A stretch of 64,000 bases of DNA, taken from the sequence record MH791414.1; one strand, written 5' to 3'. Below the pieces are notes generated by a model. It did no database searches. It had not been told where the DNA came from and saw only the letters and a list, made by a program, of their open reading frames with translations. A program made the translations under genes and the position numbers. How positions within the stretch are numbered: the stretch's first letter is position 1; each line of letters starts with the position of its first letter. Below are positions 22,501-32,135 of the stretch, piece by piece.

Positions 22501-23015
22501 GACACAGAACCAAGAATTTCGTGATATTCACTATCTTCCGCAATAAAATTCTCAACGTTTGTTACGTTAGCAATACCCGGATCATAGATAAAATATTCAT
22601 TCATCAAACTTGCTTGTAACCGACCATTATTAAAATCGATGTAATCCATTTTATTTTTATAGAGTTTTTTGTCTATAAATTCAAAAGACGGTATGAACTT
22701 CTCCATAGTTGTTATTTGATATGCGTTGGTTGAAAAGGTTTCTATTACATCACTAACAACCCAATCCCCACGTTCCATACCCGGATGTGTTACCAAAACT
22801 CTAAATTTATATTTCGTATCTGGAATTAAAGATGAACTAAAATATTCGGGGGTGTATTGCACCCCCAATTGTGTCCAACTTTCAACCCCACCCGAAACAA
22901 GTGTGTATTCTACAAGATAGAAAAAGTTAGATCCAACGTCATCCCATTTTAAATGAATGAAGTTAGCACCCAACATCGACACACGAAGACTTGTTATTGA
23001 AGGGGATTTAATCAT
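19518..23015 (-). CDS. 7: Baseplate wedge initiator gp7
   Basis: PSITSLRVSMLGANFIHLKWDDVGSNFFY and FVHPVGFGFIGIT match T4 gp7. Confidence 0.95.
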   Translation of the reverse strand: MIKSPSITSLRVSMLGANFIHLKWDDVGSNFFYLVEYTLVSGGVESWTQLGVQYTPEYFSSSLIPDTKYKFRVLVTHPGMERGDWVVSDVIETFSTNAYQITTMEKFIPSFEFIDKKLYKNKMDYIDFNNGRLQASLMNEYFIYDPGIANVTNVENFIAEDSEYHEILGSVSRICKDVKNIYLGVNKRIVYSFEKYQNYCKVTNDGGQNWYYYQAVTDRIGYPAGNTVMSQNSNTSFLLGYDYAFYGRNVNDVRFSSDQYYWSDDQLTFVKMDTDMTIPFPTMFFGTFALYPDDIRRKVEAQTVSSRWLYAAADGVCRRIMLSGGPVDSNGKIIWDPVSYQICDNPNVVVKKLDSLNDVCYALVSGEIEPGGDKRDPHQVKKSSYSGVYRFDEIYKKEDFVLGDLNYTDPDGSNYVNGIDVSREMVTFLPNGSHVGQVSTRWESRVFRGRTHGVLMEVNFVSPENHDSFQFIADIYSDITNKVIDPVKYGRFVADFAYPAVFDLYEENGQIVKPSVPDGGSWVRVFGNTEEERYNIEHLYSDMSTDGTKLFVSGATYRYSDTVVDTDLPLKYPDEVDSAVKYSSEFGYLSDKKVYLYQWETEDGSEFKLKPANYYNEAGFDYMAMTGERIWKNHENRIVLITPSTKYQYTIDTERNINKEVWDKGTVTFYLDNINFQNFSKYCNGILIHSLYNRENSLGGEIFGYYEFPYRVRDEASIIWRPEHVAMQAQLVNQERDVVVDTTQTEGLVDPDISPMLQVMGPEYYFNDSNFSKFIEYYFQFLSDGTDSMYGKLLNFIKLKYPREKDSFVYLWSEMRRRNIYLDQDKRDAVVKFFEANANNFYSSKGTIDSYKFLFKLLYNADVDVEIESQVGIDYDIMVKSSNISTDLVGRTIFTETGRANVTYIERQFVDGQLRWKITIHNLIGKFETGQEIKSESSSFTGEITRGVRGKELAYSDIDYINRNRSYYMMRIRSELNTARYKEDVIRFVHPVGFGFIGITLLTVFVNGGISMAHNETVVDINKSFRWDSGLPSLTPKYKTIQDPNGSFLDPSPLFDPVTGQLMEEELVQTPFDVSAWNNAINESTGSVFEARNYDTDESDWVIDGVVYTPSERRLDGSPLFSAFSSRFSDLKRLSERRLKDDIGLPRDVSNLVVPVSPSQVKVNK

Positions 23016-23016
23016 T

Positions 23017-24975
23017 TTATATTACCACCGGATTCATTTCAATAGTTGTATATTGTGGTCGCAGGTTGTTTTCGAAAACAATCAAAGTACCGTATGAAGG
23101 GAATATATTCAAAGAGGTCGGTACACTATGAAGCTCGATATAAGCTGCAACAAATTGGTCTGGATCTTTATTCAAAACACCAATATCAAAAGATATCTGG
23201 TCCATCTCATAGTTAATAGATCCCACTACATAGTATTTACTGCGATCATCAATCACCTTACGATCAAAATCAGTACCTGTATATTCAGGAACTGCTGTGA
23301 TGTGTCCCGCAGCAAATGGACCAATAAGCATGAGACCAGTGTTTGCAGAATGTATACCAGACGGGTCTGGGATGTCATTCTTTTTGGTCGCCACATAATG
23401 AACATCATAACTAGTTGTTGCATTATGGGTATATTTGATTTCCGAACTATATACAGAACCTTCAACAAGATCATTGTTATATTGGATACCGTTCATAGGA
23501 CTTACCAAATAATTATCAATTTCTCTAACTAGTCCGATTTCAGTTTCTGTACCCAGAATCGAAACGTCAGTTTTATCTATACGACCGTTCATTTTAGAGG
23601 TATAAAAACCAGCGTTGAAGATTTCAACTTCTTCGGTATAATACCGGTCGATAGAATTCAGGATCTGACCTTGTAGCCATTCCTCGGTCTGGGGAAGTTG
23701 GTTAAGCGCATAAGTCACCTTTGCATGTGTTTTAACATACATGTAATTTGGACTGTGGACAACCGGGGTAATTGTTGCAACGTTATAAGGTCTCAGATAG
23801 TTTTGAATATCTTCTTTTTGTACCGTAGTCAGATACAGACCATCTTTTGGCTTAATTGCAATAAAAGCATATCCCGGCTTTTCTGTATCAGTATAACACT
23901 GGATCGCTTGTACAATATTACCAAAGCGACTAGATACGAATGTTTCGTAATCTGAGGCAGTCACACAACGGCGCTGTGTTTCTCTCATAACCGGACCTAG
24001 GGCACGGATACGCTCGATATCTTCAACCTCACCACCACCGATAGAACCGACATAATTTACGTCGTTGATCCCATCCGGGCTTGTCGGGTTTTCTCCGATT
24101 GATTCCACAACCAGATTAGGAATAGTATCAACATAATCAAATCCACGTGTACCATTAGCAACAGAACCTTTTGTGCTAATATATTCAACCACAATAGTAT
24201 CACCAACGGCTGGTCGCATACCACCAACGTAATTACTACGCAACATCCCATTTGTATCAACCGTAGATTCCCCCTCACCGAAATAAATTTCTGTGAATGA
24301 ATCTATCGTTTCTCTTTGATAAAAAATGGTAGATGTTCCACCAACTCTAACTATAGGTTTGTTAGTCCAATCATCCCATTTTGCACCGTTCACATAAACA
24401 TTTACATATCTACGGTCAATATTAGGGTCTTGAATAATTATACTTCCATCTTTACCAAAAGTTATTTCATTTCTGATAATACGCCCCTGAACAAGATTTA
24501 AGTCGGTGATATATCTCTTGTTGATTCCACGAATAACCTCAACGTCTTCCCAAGTCACATAATCATAAAATTCAACTTCTTCAATGGATGCAGTAAACTT
24601 AGTGCCCTTCGGAATGGTAATAGAAATTGGGCTACTATCAATCGGACTATAATATGCCTGAAACCTGATGGTATTTGTTGATGCACTCATCCCAAAAGGC
24701 ATATATCCTTGATCCTGTGCATGTTGAACAACAGACGGTCTCAATCTGGCGGTTTGACTATATCCTTCAAACAAAGCACCATTAGCGAATTGTTGATGAT
24801 ACATAAGGGCATAAGACATCGCTTCTACGAGAGAAGTTAATCTAGAACCTTCAAAATCATAATCTTTAAATTCGTCTTGGTTTTTTAAAAAAGTTTTTAG
24901 TTTATCTTTAAATCCATCAAATGTACTTTCTTTAAATACACTAGGGATTTCAATTTGGTTAATTTTATTAGCCAT
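23017..24975 (-). CDS. 6: Baseplate wedge gp6
   Basis: DYDFEGSRL, SVVQHAQDQGY and RRCVTASDY match T4 gp6. Confidence 0.95.
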   Translation of the reverse strand: MANKINQIEIPSVFKESTFDGFKDKLKTFLKNQDEFKDYDFEGSRLTSLVEAMSYALMYHQQFANGALFEGYSQTARLRPSVVQHAQDQGYMPFGMSASTNTIRFQAYYSPIDSSPISITIPKGTKFTASIEEVEFYDYVTWEDVEVIRGINKRYITDLNLVQGRIIRNEITFGKDGSIIIQDPNIDRRYVNVYVNGAKWDDWTNKPIVRVGGTSTIFYQRETIDSFTEIYFGEGESTVDTNGMLRSNYVGGMRPAVGDTIVVEYISTKGSVANGTRGFDYVDTIPNLVVESIGENPTSPDGINDVNYVGSIGGGEVEDIERIRALGPVMRETQRRCVTASDYETFVSSRFGNIVQAIQCYTDTEKPGYAFIAIKPKDGLYLTTVQKEDIQNYLRPYNVATITPVVHSPNYMYVKTHAKVTYALNQLPQTEEWLQGQILNSIDRYYTEEVEIFNAGFYTSKMNGRIDKTDVSILGTETEIGLVREIDNYLVSPMNGIQYNNDLVEGSVYSSEIKYTHNATTSYDVHYVATKKNDIPDPSGIHSANTGLMLIGPFAAGHITAVPEYTGTDFDRKVIDDRSKYYVVGSINYEMDQISFDIGVLNKDPDQFVAAYIELHSVPTSLNIFPSYGTLIVFENNLRPQYTTIEMNPVVI

Positions 24976-25396
24976 CTGATAGTTCCATTTTTAACTGGAT
25001 CACAGAAGATATATCAGTGATCAGGGAATAATATATAGTGACAATATATTCGTTTCTGTCATACATTGGGATGACTTGAACCTGTCGTATTTTTACTCTT
25101 GGTTCATAATTTCTAATTGCGTCGAATATACTTCTCTCAACTGCACTAGTTGACGCATCGTTCATAAGTTCAAATAACTGAGCATTGATATCACAACCAA
25201 AATTAGGATCAAACGGTTTTTCTCCTTTTCTAGTCGCTATAATACCAGCCATTGATTGTTGTACTGCATTAACGTTTGTCGTCATCAAAACGTCATTTGT
25301 TTTTATATCCCGACGAAAAAAAGGATCTATATCCGAATAATATATATCCTTTTCATTGGTCAGAATTTTTAATCTATTTCCAAAAAAACCAGCCAT
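24968..25396 (-). CDS. 25: Baseplate wedge gp25
   Basis: YSDIDP, TRKGEKPFDPNFGCD and IRNYEPRV match T4 gp25. Confidence 0.93.
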   Translation of the reverse strand: MAGFFGNRLKILTNEKDIYYSDIDPFFRRDIKTNDVLMTTNVNAVQQSMAGIIATRKGEKPFDPNFGCDINAQLFELMNDASTSAVERSIFDAIRNYEPRVKIRQVQVIPMYDRNEYIVTIYYSLITDISSVIQLKMELSDG

Positions 25397-25404
25397 TAAT
25401 TACC

Positions 25405-25701
25405 TCACACGACAAAAATATTAGAGGAACATTCAACAATGACCTCGCCTTCTGTACAAATATCAGCCAATTGCGCAACACGTTTTCCTTCGATAAAAAC
25501 CTTCGCACTACTAGCAATAACGAGACCTGATTTAGGACTCGGATCATCACCGGGTTTTATATGTGTTATCACCCGGTCATCTTCCCTAACCAATATTTGT
25601 TTACCATTAGCAAAAACCGTTGTGGTAGTACCAACAACCCGACTTGGTAGCCAAGGTCCGGGTCCAATTGTTTTTGCATTATTTAATACTAATCCAGCCA
25701 T
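25405..25701 (-). CDS. 5.4: PAAR-like spike tip gp5.4
   Basis: MAGL...GPGPWLPSRV...VFANG...KVFIEGKRVAQLAD...SSNIFV colinear with T4 gp5.4; start reassigned to ATG 25701. Confidence 0.85.
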   Translation of the reverse strand: MAGLVLNNAKTIGPGPWLPSRVVGTTTTVFANGKQILVREDDRVITHIKPGDDPSPKSGLVIASSAKVFIEGKRVAQLADICTEGEVIVECSSNIFVV

Positions 25702-25702
25702 T

Positions 25703-26215
25703 TCATATCCCCAATTTAGGAAAAGGACCAGACGAATTAACGTAAGCCCTAAATTTTGCAACCCACCCATCGAAAGAACCAATTATCGTCATGGTTTCCA
25801 CTTTCTGAATTGTGTTTCTAACAGGTAGTGTCGGAACAGTGATATCGTCATAAACCAACGTCTGTGTGTATGTTACAACCCGTTTAAGCTCACTTGGTGG
25901 GTCGAACGCCACGAGGTCACAGGTAGACGGTTCAGGTAGGTTAGCAAATGCGTTTGTTTGGGTTATCTGTAGCGTTGTCCTATCTCGATAGCGCAAAACT
26001 AAGTCAACTTTTCCATCAAAATAGTCATTGACATGACCGTGTAATCTGTTACCATCTAACAAAATCCCATCGGGCGATAAATCCTCCGATGGAGTTACAA
26101 CGAAGCTAACAAACTGTTCAGACGGGGTTAGTGTATAGCTAAATGTGCTATCAACCTGAGTCTCCCCATCAAATATAGTGGGTTTCCAGTTTGTTGGTAT
26201 GTTTATTTGTGCCAT
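25703..26215 (-). CDS. 5.1: gp5.1-like protein
   Basis: LRYR, PSELKRVVTY and IIGSFDGWVAKFRAYV resemble T4 gp5.1; GGAGG SD before ATG 26215. Confidence 0.75.
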   Translation of the reverse strand: MAQINIPTNWKPTIFDGETQVDSTFSYTLTPSEQFVSFVVTPSEDLSPDGILLDGNRLHGHVNDYFDGKVDLVLRYRDRTTLQITQTNAFANLPEPSTCDLVAFDPPSELKRVVTYTQTLVYDDITVPTLPVRNTIQKVETMTIIGSFDGWVAKFRAYVNSSGPFPKLGI

Positions 26216-26236
26216 ATAAAAATCCTCCATATGGAG

Positions 26237-26243
26237 TATTTAG
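26237..26243 (-). promoter_or_regulatory. Late promoter CTAAATA for gp5.1-5.4-25-6
   Basis: TATTTAG on the plus strand. Confidence 0.6.
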
Positions 26244-26271
26244 GGCGCGTCATATAAAAAGAGGTTATAAA

Positions 26272-26616
26272 ATGGAATCTTTTCAATTTAAAAGTGTAGA
26301 ATCGTTTATTGCTTTTAAGCATAAGAGCGTGGACAATAACAAGATCGGAGAAAAAATTGGGCTTGGTCCATTTGTTGTTACAAATTTCTTACATGGTAGA
26401 ATTTTGGGTATTCGAGATCAAGAAGAACTCGAAGAAGAATTTTTCCCTATCTTTGATGAGGATGAGGTTAGAATGTACCTCACTAAATTATCAGAAAACA
26501 AGCAGTCCAACTTAGAAGATTATAAAGTTAACGCACTTAAAAACGAATTACTGGTTATAAAAGCAAACTTAACCAAAGAGATTCACAGAATCGACACTCT
26601 ATTGGATAATATGTAA
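26272..26616 (+). CDS. Hypothetical protein (FQFKSVE motif family)
   Basis: GAGGT SD before ATG 26272; N-terminus resembles the ORFs at 55037 and 55551. Confidence 0.75.
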   Translation: MESFQFKSVESFIAFKHKSVDNNKIGEKIGLGPFVVTNFLHGRILGIRDQEELEEEFFPIFDEDEVRMYLTKLSENKQSNLEDYKVNALKNELLVIKANLTKEIHRIDTLLDNM

Positions 26617-26891
26617 TGAAACTAATTTATATTGGAAGTAATTATGGTGGTTTCAAACAAAACCAAATTCACAATTTTCGTGTTAGACGAGAACTAACTA
26701 ATTTCCTAGAAAAGAATTTCGATAAAATAGAAAATGAAGATGTTTTGATGAAAGTCGAAATGAAAGAAACTATTTATTGGGATTTCTGCCCATACGATAT
26801 GGATGTTGGAAATGGAAAAATGACTTTCGTTTGGGACCTAGACAAAGAAATCCTATCAGATTTTATACATCATCGCGCACAAGAAATTTAA
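26616..26891 (+). CDS. Hypothetical protein (91 aa)
   Basis: TAATG coupling with the upstream ORF; ends at a terminator. Confidence 0.7.
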   Translation: MKLIYIGSNYGGFKQNQIHNFRVRRELTNFLEKNFDKIENEDVLMKVEMKETIYWDFCPYDMDVGNGKMTFVWDLDKEILSDFIHHRAQEI

Positions 26892-26897
26892 AAAAAC

Positions 26898-26924
26898 AAA
26901 AGGGAACCCGAAGGTTCCCTTTTT
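26898..26924. terminator. Bidirectional intrinsic terminator
   Basis: AAAAGGGAACC-cgaa-GGTTCCCTTTTT. Confidence 0.85.
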
Positions 26925-28743
26925 AGTTAATATTCACAGTAGAACCACTAATCTCAGTTGTACCAGCAGAAGTGATAAGACTTTGTGCAGCTTGAGATTT
27001 ATAATTTCCCCCAACTGTCGATGTAAAATTCCCACCGACATTTAGATTATAATCCCCATCCACCGAATTATCACAGTTACCAGCCACTTGAGCAGTTAGG
27101 TTTCCTTCTATATTGCTATCTACGTTCCCGTTTACAGTTTGAGTAACGTTACCTTTAACTATTTGGTCCATATTTCCATGTATAGTTTCAGTAACATTTC
27201 CTTTCACAACTTGGGATAAGTTCCCGTCAACTTGTTGAGTGCAGTTACCCATAACATAAACAGTTGCATTACCTTCCACAACCGCTTGATAATCACCTTT
27301 CACGTTCAAATATTTATTGGCTAAATCTATTTCGAAATTCTCACCATATATCTTAGTTACTTGACGACCGTCACCAGACCACTCTATAAACGTCCCAGAG
27401 GGGTGTTTTCTATGGTATCTCTCAGCACCCGGAGTATCGTCGAACTCTTGAACATGCCCAGATTCAGACTCGTATACGTGGTTGTATGGGTATTGAGCCC
27501 GATACGCACTCTTTGGTTCTTCAAAAAGCAAACCATCATCGCGGGGAACTGGGGGAACTGACGGATCTTCTTCATCGTCCAAAGGAACTGGATCGGAAGT
27601 GACAGCAACCATCCTCATAAACGACGCAGTTGGAATATTAATACTGTCAGTATCCAAAGACATGGTTCTTAAAGATATGGGGGGTGTCGGTTCTTGTGGG
27701 ACCATCACACCATAAGATTCTAGGTTTCCGGTTAACACGATCCTAGAAACTCGATTTGCCCGTCCGGGGGTTTGTTTAGCCCAGAGTGAATCTAACATCC
27801 CCTGTTGGGCTTCCTTCCATCGTTCGTTGTACATATGATCAAGCGTAGTTCTAAACTTAGCTAGACCACCGGCACCCATCTGAAAGGCCATGTTCTCTAA
27901 AGCCATCTGTCTAGACCGGTTAACTTTGACATAAACCTTTCTGATGTTTTCAAATCTCATCATATCAGATCTGGTTTTTTGGATATCCTCACTAAACAGC
28001 TTTGAAACGTCCTCTGGCGATATCGTTCCACCTTTGACAGGATGACCTAGCTGTTGGGTTAGAATCGCGTCTATACGCGCTACGTCTCTTGTTTTCTCAT
28101 GAATAATCAAGTGACCAATCCCGATGGTAGGATATCCCAAAGAATCCAAATACCATACGTTTCTAACGCCTTCATCACCCTTCAGCATTTTTTCTATGGT
28201 GAAATTCGGGTCATCGTCTTCTGGGATCTCATCTAGGGGTCTGTCATCTGGTGCAACTGCAATAGAAGAGTTTTCATCTTGAGTATATACACCAAGAGGC
28301 ATACCGTCAATTGATGGGGGGGCACTCCCGTTTATACTATCACCCTTCTGACCACCACCCGCTAATATATTCACGTCATTTCCGATATATCTCGGAAATT
28401 GACCGAATGGGTCACAAAAACCTTTCAAAGTATTTGGTTGTTGAACATAGGATCCGGGGATTGTAAAAAGGATAAGACCATCTTGTTTAAATGCGTCCCT
28501 GAATATCCCACCAACCCAACTACCTTCAACTAAACCAGTCGGACTATCACCAACCCCAGATATAGATGCTGATGTAGTTGGTAGAGCCGAGTGAAACCAA
28601 AGTAATTCATCTGTTGGGATACCTAGCAAATCATTTTTTGATTTTTGGTCCGTGTGTATCCCCATTACACGGACCCTATATCTACCTTGTTTTAGAGGGT
28701 CGAATCTATCCTCAACCACCCCAAAAAACCATTCTAAATTCAT
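26923..28743 (-). CDS. 5: Baseplate hub subunit / tail lysozyme gp5
   Basis: OB-fold (GVVEDRFDPLKQGRYRVRV), lysozyme (DEG...YLDSLGYPTIGIGHL with E/D/T triad), YPYNHVYESESGH and 8-residue beta-helix repeats. Confidence 0.97.
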   Translation of the reverse strand: MNLEWFFGVVEDRFDPLKQGRYRVRVMGIHTDQKSKNDLLGIPTDELLWFHSALPTTSASISGVGDSPTGLVEGSWVGGIFRDAFKQDGLILFTIPGSYVQQPNTLKGFCDPFGQFPRYIGNDVNILAGGGQKGDSINGSAPPSIDGMPLGVYTQDENSSIAVAPDDRPLDEIPEDDDPNFTIEKMLKGDEGVRNVWYLDSLGYPTIGIGHLIIHEKTRDVARIDAILTQQLGHPVKGGTISPEDVSKLFSEDIQKTRSDMMRFENIRKVYVKVNRSRQMALENMAFQMGAGGLAKFRTTLDHMYNERWKEAQQGMLDSLWAKQTPGRANRVSRIVLTGNLESYGVMVPQEPTPPISLRTMSLDTDSINIPTASFMRMVAVTSDPVPLDDEEDPSVPPVPRDDGLLFEEPKSAYRAQYPYNHVYESESGHVQEFDDTPGAERYHRKHPSGTFIEWSGDGRQVTKIYGENFEIDLANKYLNVKGDYQAVVEGNATVYVMGNCTQQVDGNLSQVVKGNVTETIHGNMDQIVKGNVTQTVNGNVDSNIEGNLTAQVAGNCDNSVDGDYNLNVGGNFTSTVGGNYKSQAAQSLITSAGTTEISGSTVNIN

Positions 28744-29978
28744 GATACCACCTTACCCCGAATATCAGAATCAGAAATCAATTCTATATTCATAAAATAT
28801 GTTTCTCTTGTTAATACATGGTTTATGGAATTAACCAACCAATGACCAGCATCCTTAGATGTCATATCACCGTTCATATCACCAGCTATAATATTTACCA
28901 CACTACCGCTTTTAATATCGGAGTTTCCCGCGATTTGAATAAGCATACGCTTTGCATTAAGAGACACACGATTCGTTGCTCTAATACCTAATGAGTTTCC
29001 ATTAGACCCCATATTGATATACTTATACATCTGGTCTTCAGTTGTAAAAAGAACACAGGTATTTCTTTCCGGCTTAATATCCCCACCATACCAACTTTCT
29101 GGATTTAGCGTTGGATATATTTCTTTGACGGTCTGATAATCCTGATATTTATTTGTGTATAACTTTTTATCGATACTCATAGAGTGAACATCGACACCGA
29201 GACCACCTAATCTATATTGTTCTGGGATATTATATCCCTTCACACGTTGCATTTTTATAATTTTGTTATACATCGTGGTATCGTGAGTTGCTTCAAATAT
29301 TAAATCAACTACCGGGTCTTCAATAAGAAGGGAAGTCCCAGATTTAAAATTTATACCATCGATATTTTCAAATAAATAAAAGTTGCTATCGCCTTTCGCA
29401 TTAGGCTCTGACGATTGAGAAGATTGTGCCAAGTGATTTATAACAGCCAATGGTGTCATATTTGGAATAACAATATCCCGATTGTATAAAGTAGGTTCAA
29501 TTTTCATCAATTCATCTGTATAACCAATAAGCTTAAGCATATCTGAAATAATAGAATGAATAGATGTATTAGAATAACTCTTACTTACTTTCCTATACTC
29601 GTTATTATGTTCTTCCTCAGAAACAAAATGTATTCTAATATACTTTTTTGTTTGTGTCTCAGGTGAAGTTATATCTTCGTATCGTACTACTTTAAAATTT
29701 TTAGAAAACGTTGTTGCGTCTTCACCATTCAAATGAACGGACCTAAAGCTTATTTGTATCTTTTCATCACCACGAGGGTTTATCGAGTTTATGAAGTTCA
29801 TAAAATCAACAAAATCTAAAGTACCTTTGAAGAGACCTTGTGAGATCCCTTCAGTGATGCTTACAGATTTAAAAATCTCGGATAAATCAAACGCAGTTGG
29901 TTCAGAACCTTGATAAAAAGCAATACGATCAATCGTAAAGTTTTCATAAGCCGCCGTACTTCGTCTACTTATTCCCAC
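28740..29978 (-). CDS. 27: Baseplate hub gp27-like protein
   Basis: Size and pattern (GTLDF.D...GDEKIQISF; FYLFENIDGINF; GNSDIKSG) fit a gp27-type hub; lies between gp53 and gp5. Confidence 0.7.
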   Translation of the reverse strand: MGISRRSTAAYENFTIDRIAFYQGSEPTAFDLSEIFKSVSITEGISQGLFKGTLDFVDFMNFINSINPRGDEKIQISFRSVHLNGEDATTFSKNFKVVRYEDITSPETQTKKYIRIHFVSEEEHNNEYRKVSKSYSNTSIHSIISDMLKLIGYTDELMKIEPTLYNRDIVIPNMTPLAVINHLAQSSQSSEPNAKGDSNFYLFENIDGINFKSGTSLLIEDPVVDLIFEATHDTTMYNKIIKMQRVKGYNIPEQYRLGGLGVDVHSMSIDKKLYTNKYQDYQTVKEIYPTLNPESWYGGDIKPERNTCVLFTTEDQMYKYINMGSNGNSLGIRATNRVSLNAKRMLIQIAGNSDIKSGSVVNIIAGDMNGDMTSKDAGHWLVNSINHVLTRETYFMNIELISDSDIRGKVVS

Positions 29979-30531
29979 GGATTTTCTCCATCATTCTGGT
30001 ATATTCATCCATAAATCGACCTAAGTCGGTTGGATTTAATACATTTATTGTACGTTTTGATTCATTTATACTCAATTCATGTTCTATAGCAGTCACCGGA
30101 ACAAGAACACCAGTATGTTGAATGAATCTATGCAACTTATCGCCTTCGTCATACCAAACACCAGAACCAATAGGATATTCCACAACCCTAAAATACATCT
30201 CACCATTTGGGTCTAGATGATACAAAACTGTACCCTCTTTTTGTGGCAAGTTTTGATATTTTTTAGCGGTATACTTGTGTACTATTTCTTCTGGACATAT
30301 CCAATCATAAAATGGGTCGTAGATATCGTTTAAATATAAAAGAATCCAATAATATTTTGTATCTCCATATAGTTCATAAGATACATTTTCCGGTCTAGGT
30401 GATCCGGAAAGAATATATTTCCGGATCACGAATTTTTTGATTATTTCGTCAAAATAGCTACCATGCGGTTTAAATATATTCGCAGTAGGTGAACCATTAT
30501 AACTTATTGGGGGGAAATAATTAAATAGCAT
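29965..30531 (-). CDS. 53: Baseplate wedge gp53
   Basis: MLFNYFPPI, GSPRPE, YWILL.LND.YDPFYDW and WYDEGDK match T4 gp53. Confidence 0.93.
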   Translation of the reverse strand: MLFNYFPPISYNGSPTANIFKPHGSYFDEIIKKFVIRKYILSGSPRPENVSYELYGDTKYYWILLYLNDIYDPFYDWICPEEIVHKYTAKKYQNLPQKEGTVLYHLDPNGEMYFRVVEYPIGSGVWYDEGDKLHRFIQHTGVLVPVTAIEHELSINESKRTINVLNPTDLGRFMDEYTRMMEKIRGNK

Positions 30532-31598
30532 TATTTTTTACCTCCATTACCAGAACCATAAGAACCAAAGAAAAATTCCCCAGTATCTGGTGTTCCAAGA
30601 CCTTTAGTAAGTTCTTCCCAATAATCCCTATAAACTGGACGAAGTTCTGTTACAGTCAATTCAAAATCGATTGCAATAGAATCCGCAGCACTAGCGGAGA
30701 AGGTATCATACAATTGGTCTGGGGTTTTGTTTATTCGAATATTAGATATACCAGCAGGCCCCATCGCAAATTTCGGGGTATATCTAATTTTTTGGGTTTG
30801 GTCTTGACTGACACGTTCCTCTATAAACCAAAGAGGCGGAACTTCCAAAGACGTATAACCTTCACCAGAGGCAATTTGAGATTGAGTATCCAATCCAAGA
30901 TCCGCAAGCGATACAGCCCCACGGTTTTCAGCCGAGCTAAGAACCATAAATGTTTTTATGATCTGACCGACTTCCTTCAATTCAGCAAGAGACCTTGGTC
31001 TGAATTGGAAAAGAAAGTTTTGTTGACGCACAGATGTACCCTTATACATCTGTGCACTACGGTCCCCTAGAACGTTACCAGTGACCTGTGAGTTGAATCT
31101 TTGGGTCAATCCACCCACTTCTACGGCAAGCTTCTGTAAAGCCGCTTTACCAGTCGCAGAAGCGGCATTACCAGCCTTATCCATCATACCATCTTGGTCT
31201 GATGCGTTAGCACGGTAATTCATCAAAACGTCTTGGATGAAACCACCATCATTCGAATCATAGTTATGACTTATATTTTCGTTCATGTTGGGCATATATA
31301 GTTGAATTACAGCTAATGTTTCTTCATTGAAACTACCCTTAACCGACCTCATTGACCTTTCTGTGATGTCGTTGTTACTCAAACCCCCAGTTGTTGGTTT
31401 TACCGCATAAAACACTAAATAGGACGAATGTCTATTATCGCTTCCCTTCAATGTCAATGGATATTGTAACGCACTAATTCCTTTTTGTTTGGTGTTTTTA
31501 TTTTCGAGGATCAGAGTACCACCCTCAGTTTTTACCCCACCAGTACCAGCTAGAACACCATCAGCGGCTCTTGAGGCATCTACAATACTAACCTTCAT
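30531..31598 (-). CDS. 48: Baseplate tail tube cap gp48
   Basis: LQYP, AVIQLYMP and MYKGTSVRQQNFLFQFRPRS..E fit T4 gp48. Confidence 0.8.
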   Translation of the reverse strand: MKVSIVDASRAADGVLAGTGGVKTEGGTLILENKNTKQKGISALQYPLTLKGSDNRHSSYLVFYAVKPTTGGLSNNDITERSMRSVKGSFNEETLAVIQLYMPNMNENISHNYDSNDGGFIQDVLMNYRANASDQDGMMDKAGNAASATGKAALQKLAVEVGGLTQRFNSQVTGNVLGDRSAQMYKGTSVRQQNFLFQFRPRSLAELKEVGQIIKTFMVLSSAENRGAVSLADLGLDTQSQIASGEGYTSLEVPPLWFIEERVSQDQTQKIRYTPKFAMGPAGISNIRINKTPDQLYDTFSASAADSIAIDFELTVTELRPVYRDYWEELTKGLGTPDTGEFFFGSYGSGNGGKK

Positions 31599-31624
31599 TA
31601 AAAACCCTCTTGGTTGTTTATCTT

Positions 31625-31640
31625 TATTTAGGGCTAAATA
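31625..31640. promoter_or_regulatory. Back-to-back late promoters (TATTTAG-gg-CTAAATA)
   Basis: Palindromic pair between the divergent gp48 and gp4 genes. Confidence 0.75.
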
Positions 31641-31664
31641 CTAATATATATGGGGGATAAAATT

Positions 31665-32135
31665 ATGGCTGGAAGAAGTACATACAAAGGTCAATATTTC
31701 GTTAAGAATAGAGAAAAGTATAAAGGGGACCCAAAAAAGGTCACATATCGAAGTTCTTGGGAAAAATATATAATGGAAATGCTTGATAATAGTCCAGATG
31801 TTCGATATTGGAATAGTGAAGAGATGGTTATCCCATATTTTTCAAATGCGGACGGAAAGAAAAGGCGTTATTTCATGGATTTCTATATACAATGGGTGGA
31901 TGGTAGTATTTCCCTATGGGAAGTAAAGCCACAGAAAGAAACAATTCCGCCGGTTGCACCTAAAAGAAACACACTCAAGTCAAAACAGACTTTTATGGAA
32001 CAAGTATATACATGGAACGTAAATACAGACAAATGGAAAACCACCGCAGAAATCTGTAAGAAAAAAGGGTGGCGATTTAATATAATTACCGAATCCGCAT
32101 TAAAAATGATGGGATTTAAAGGACTGAACAAATGA
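31665..32135 (+). CDS. 4: Head completion protein gp4
   Basis: KYKGDPKKVTYRSSWE and IPYFSNADGKKRRYFMDF match T4 gp4. Confidence 0.93.
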   Translation: MAGRSTYKGQYFVKNREKYKGDPKKVTYRSSWEKYIMEMLDNSPDVRYWNSEEMVIPYFSNADGKKRRYFMDFYIQWVDGSISLWEVKPQKETIPPVAPKRNTLKSKQTFMEQVYTWNVNTDKWKTTAEICKKKGWRFNIITESALKMMGFKGLNK

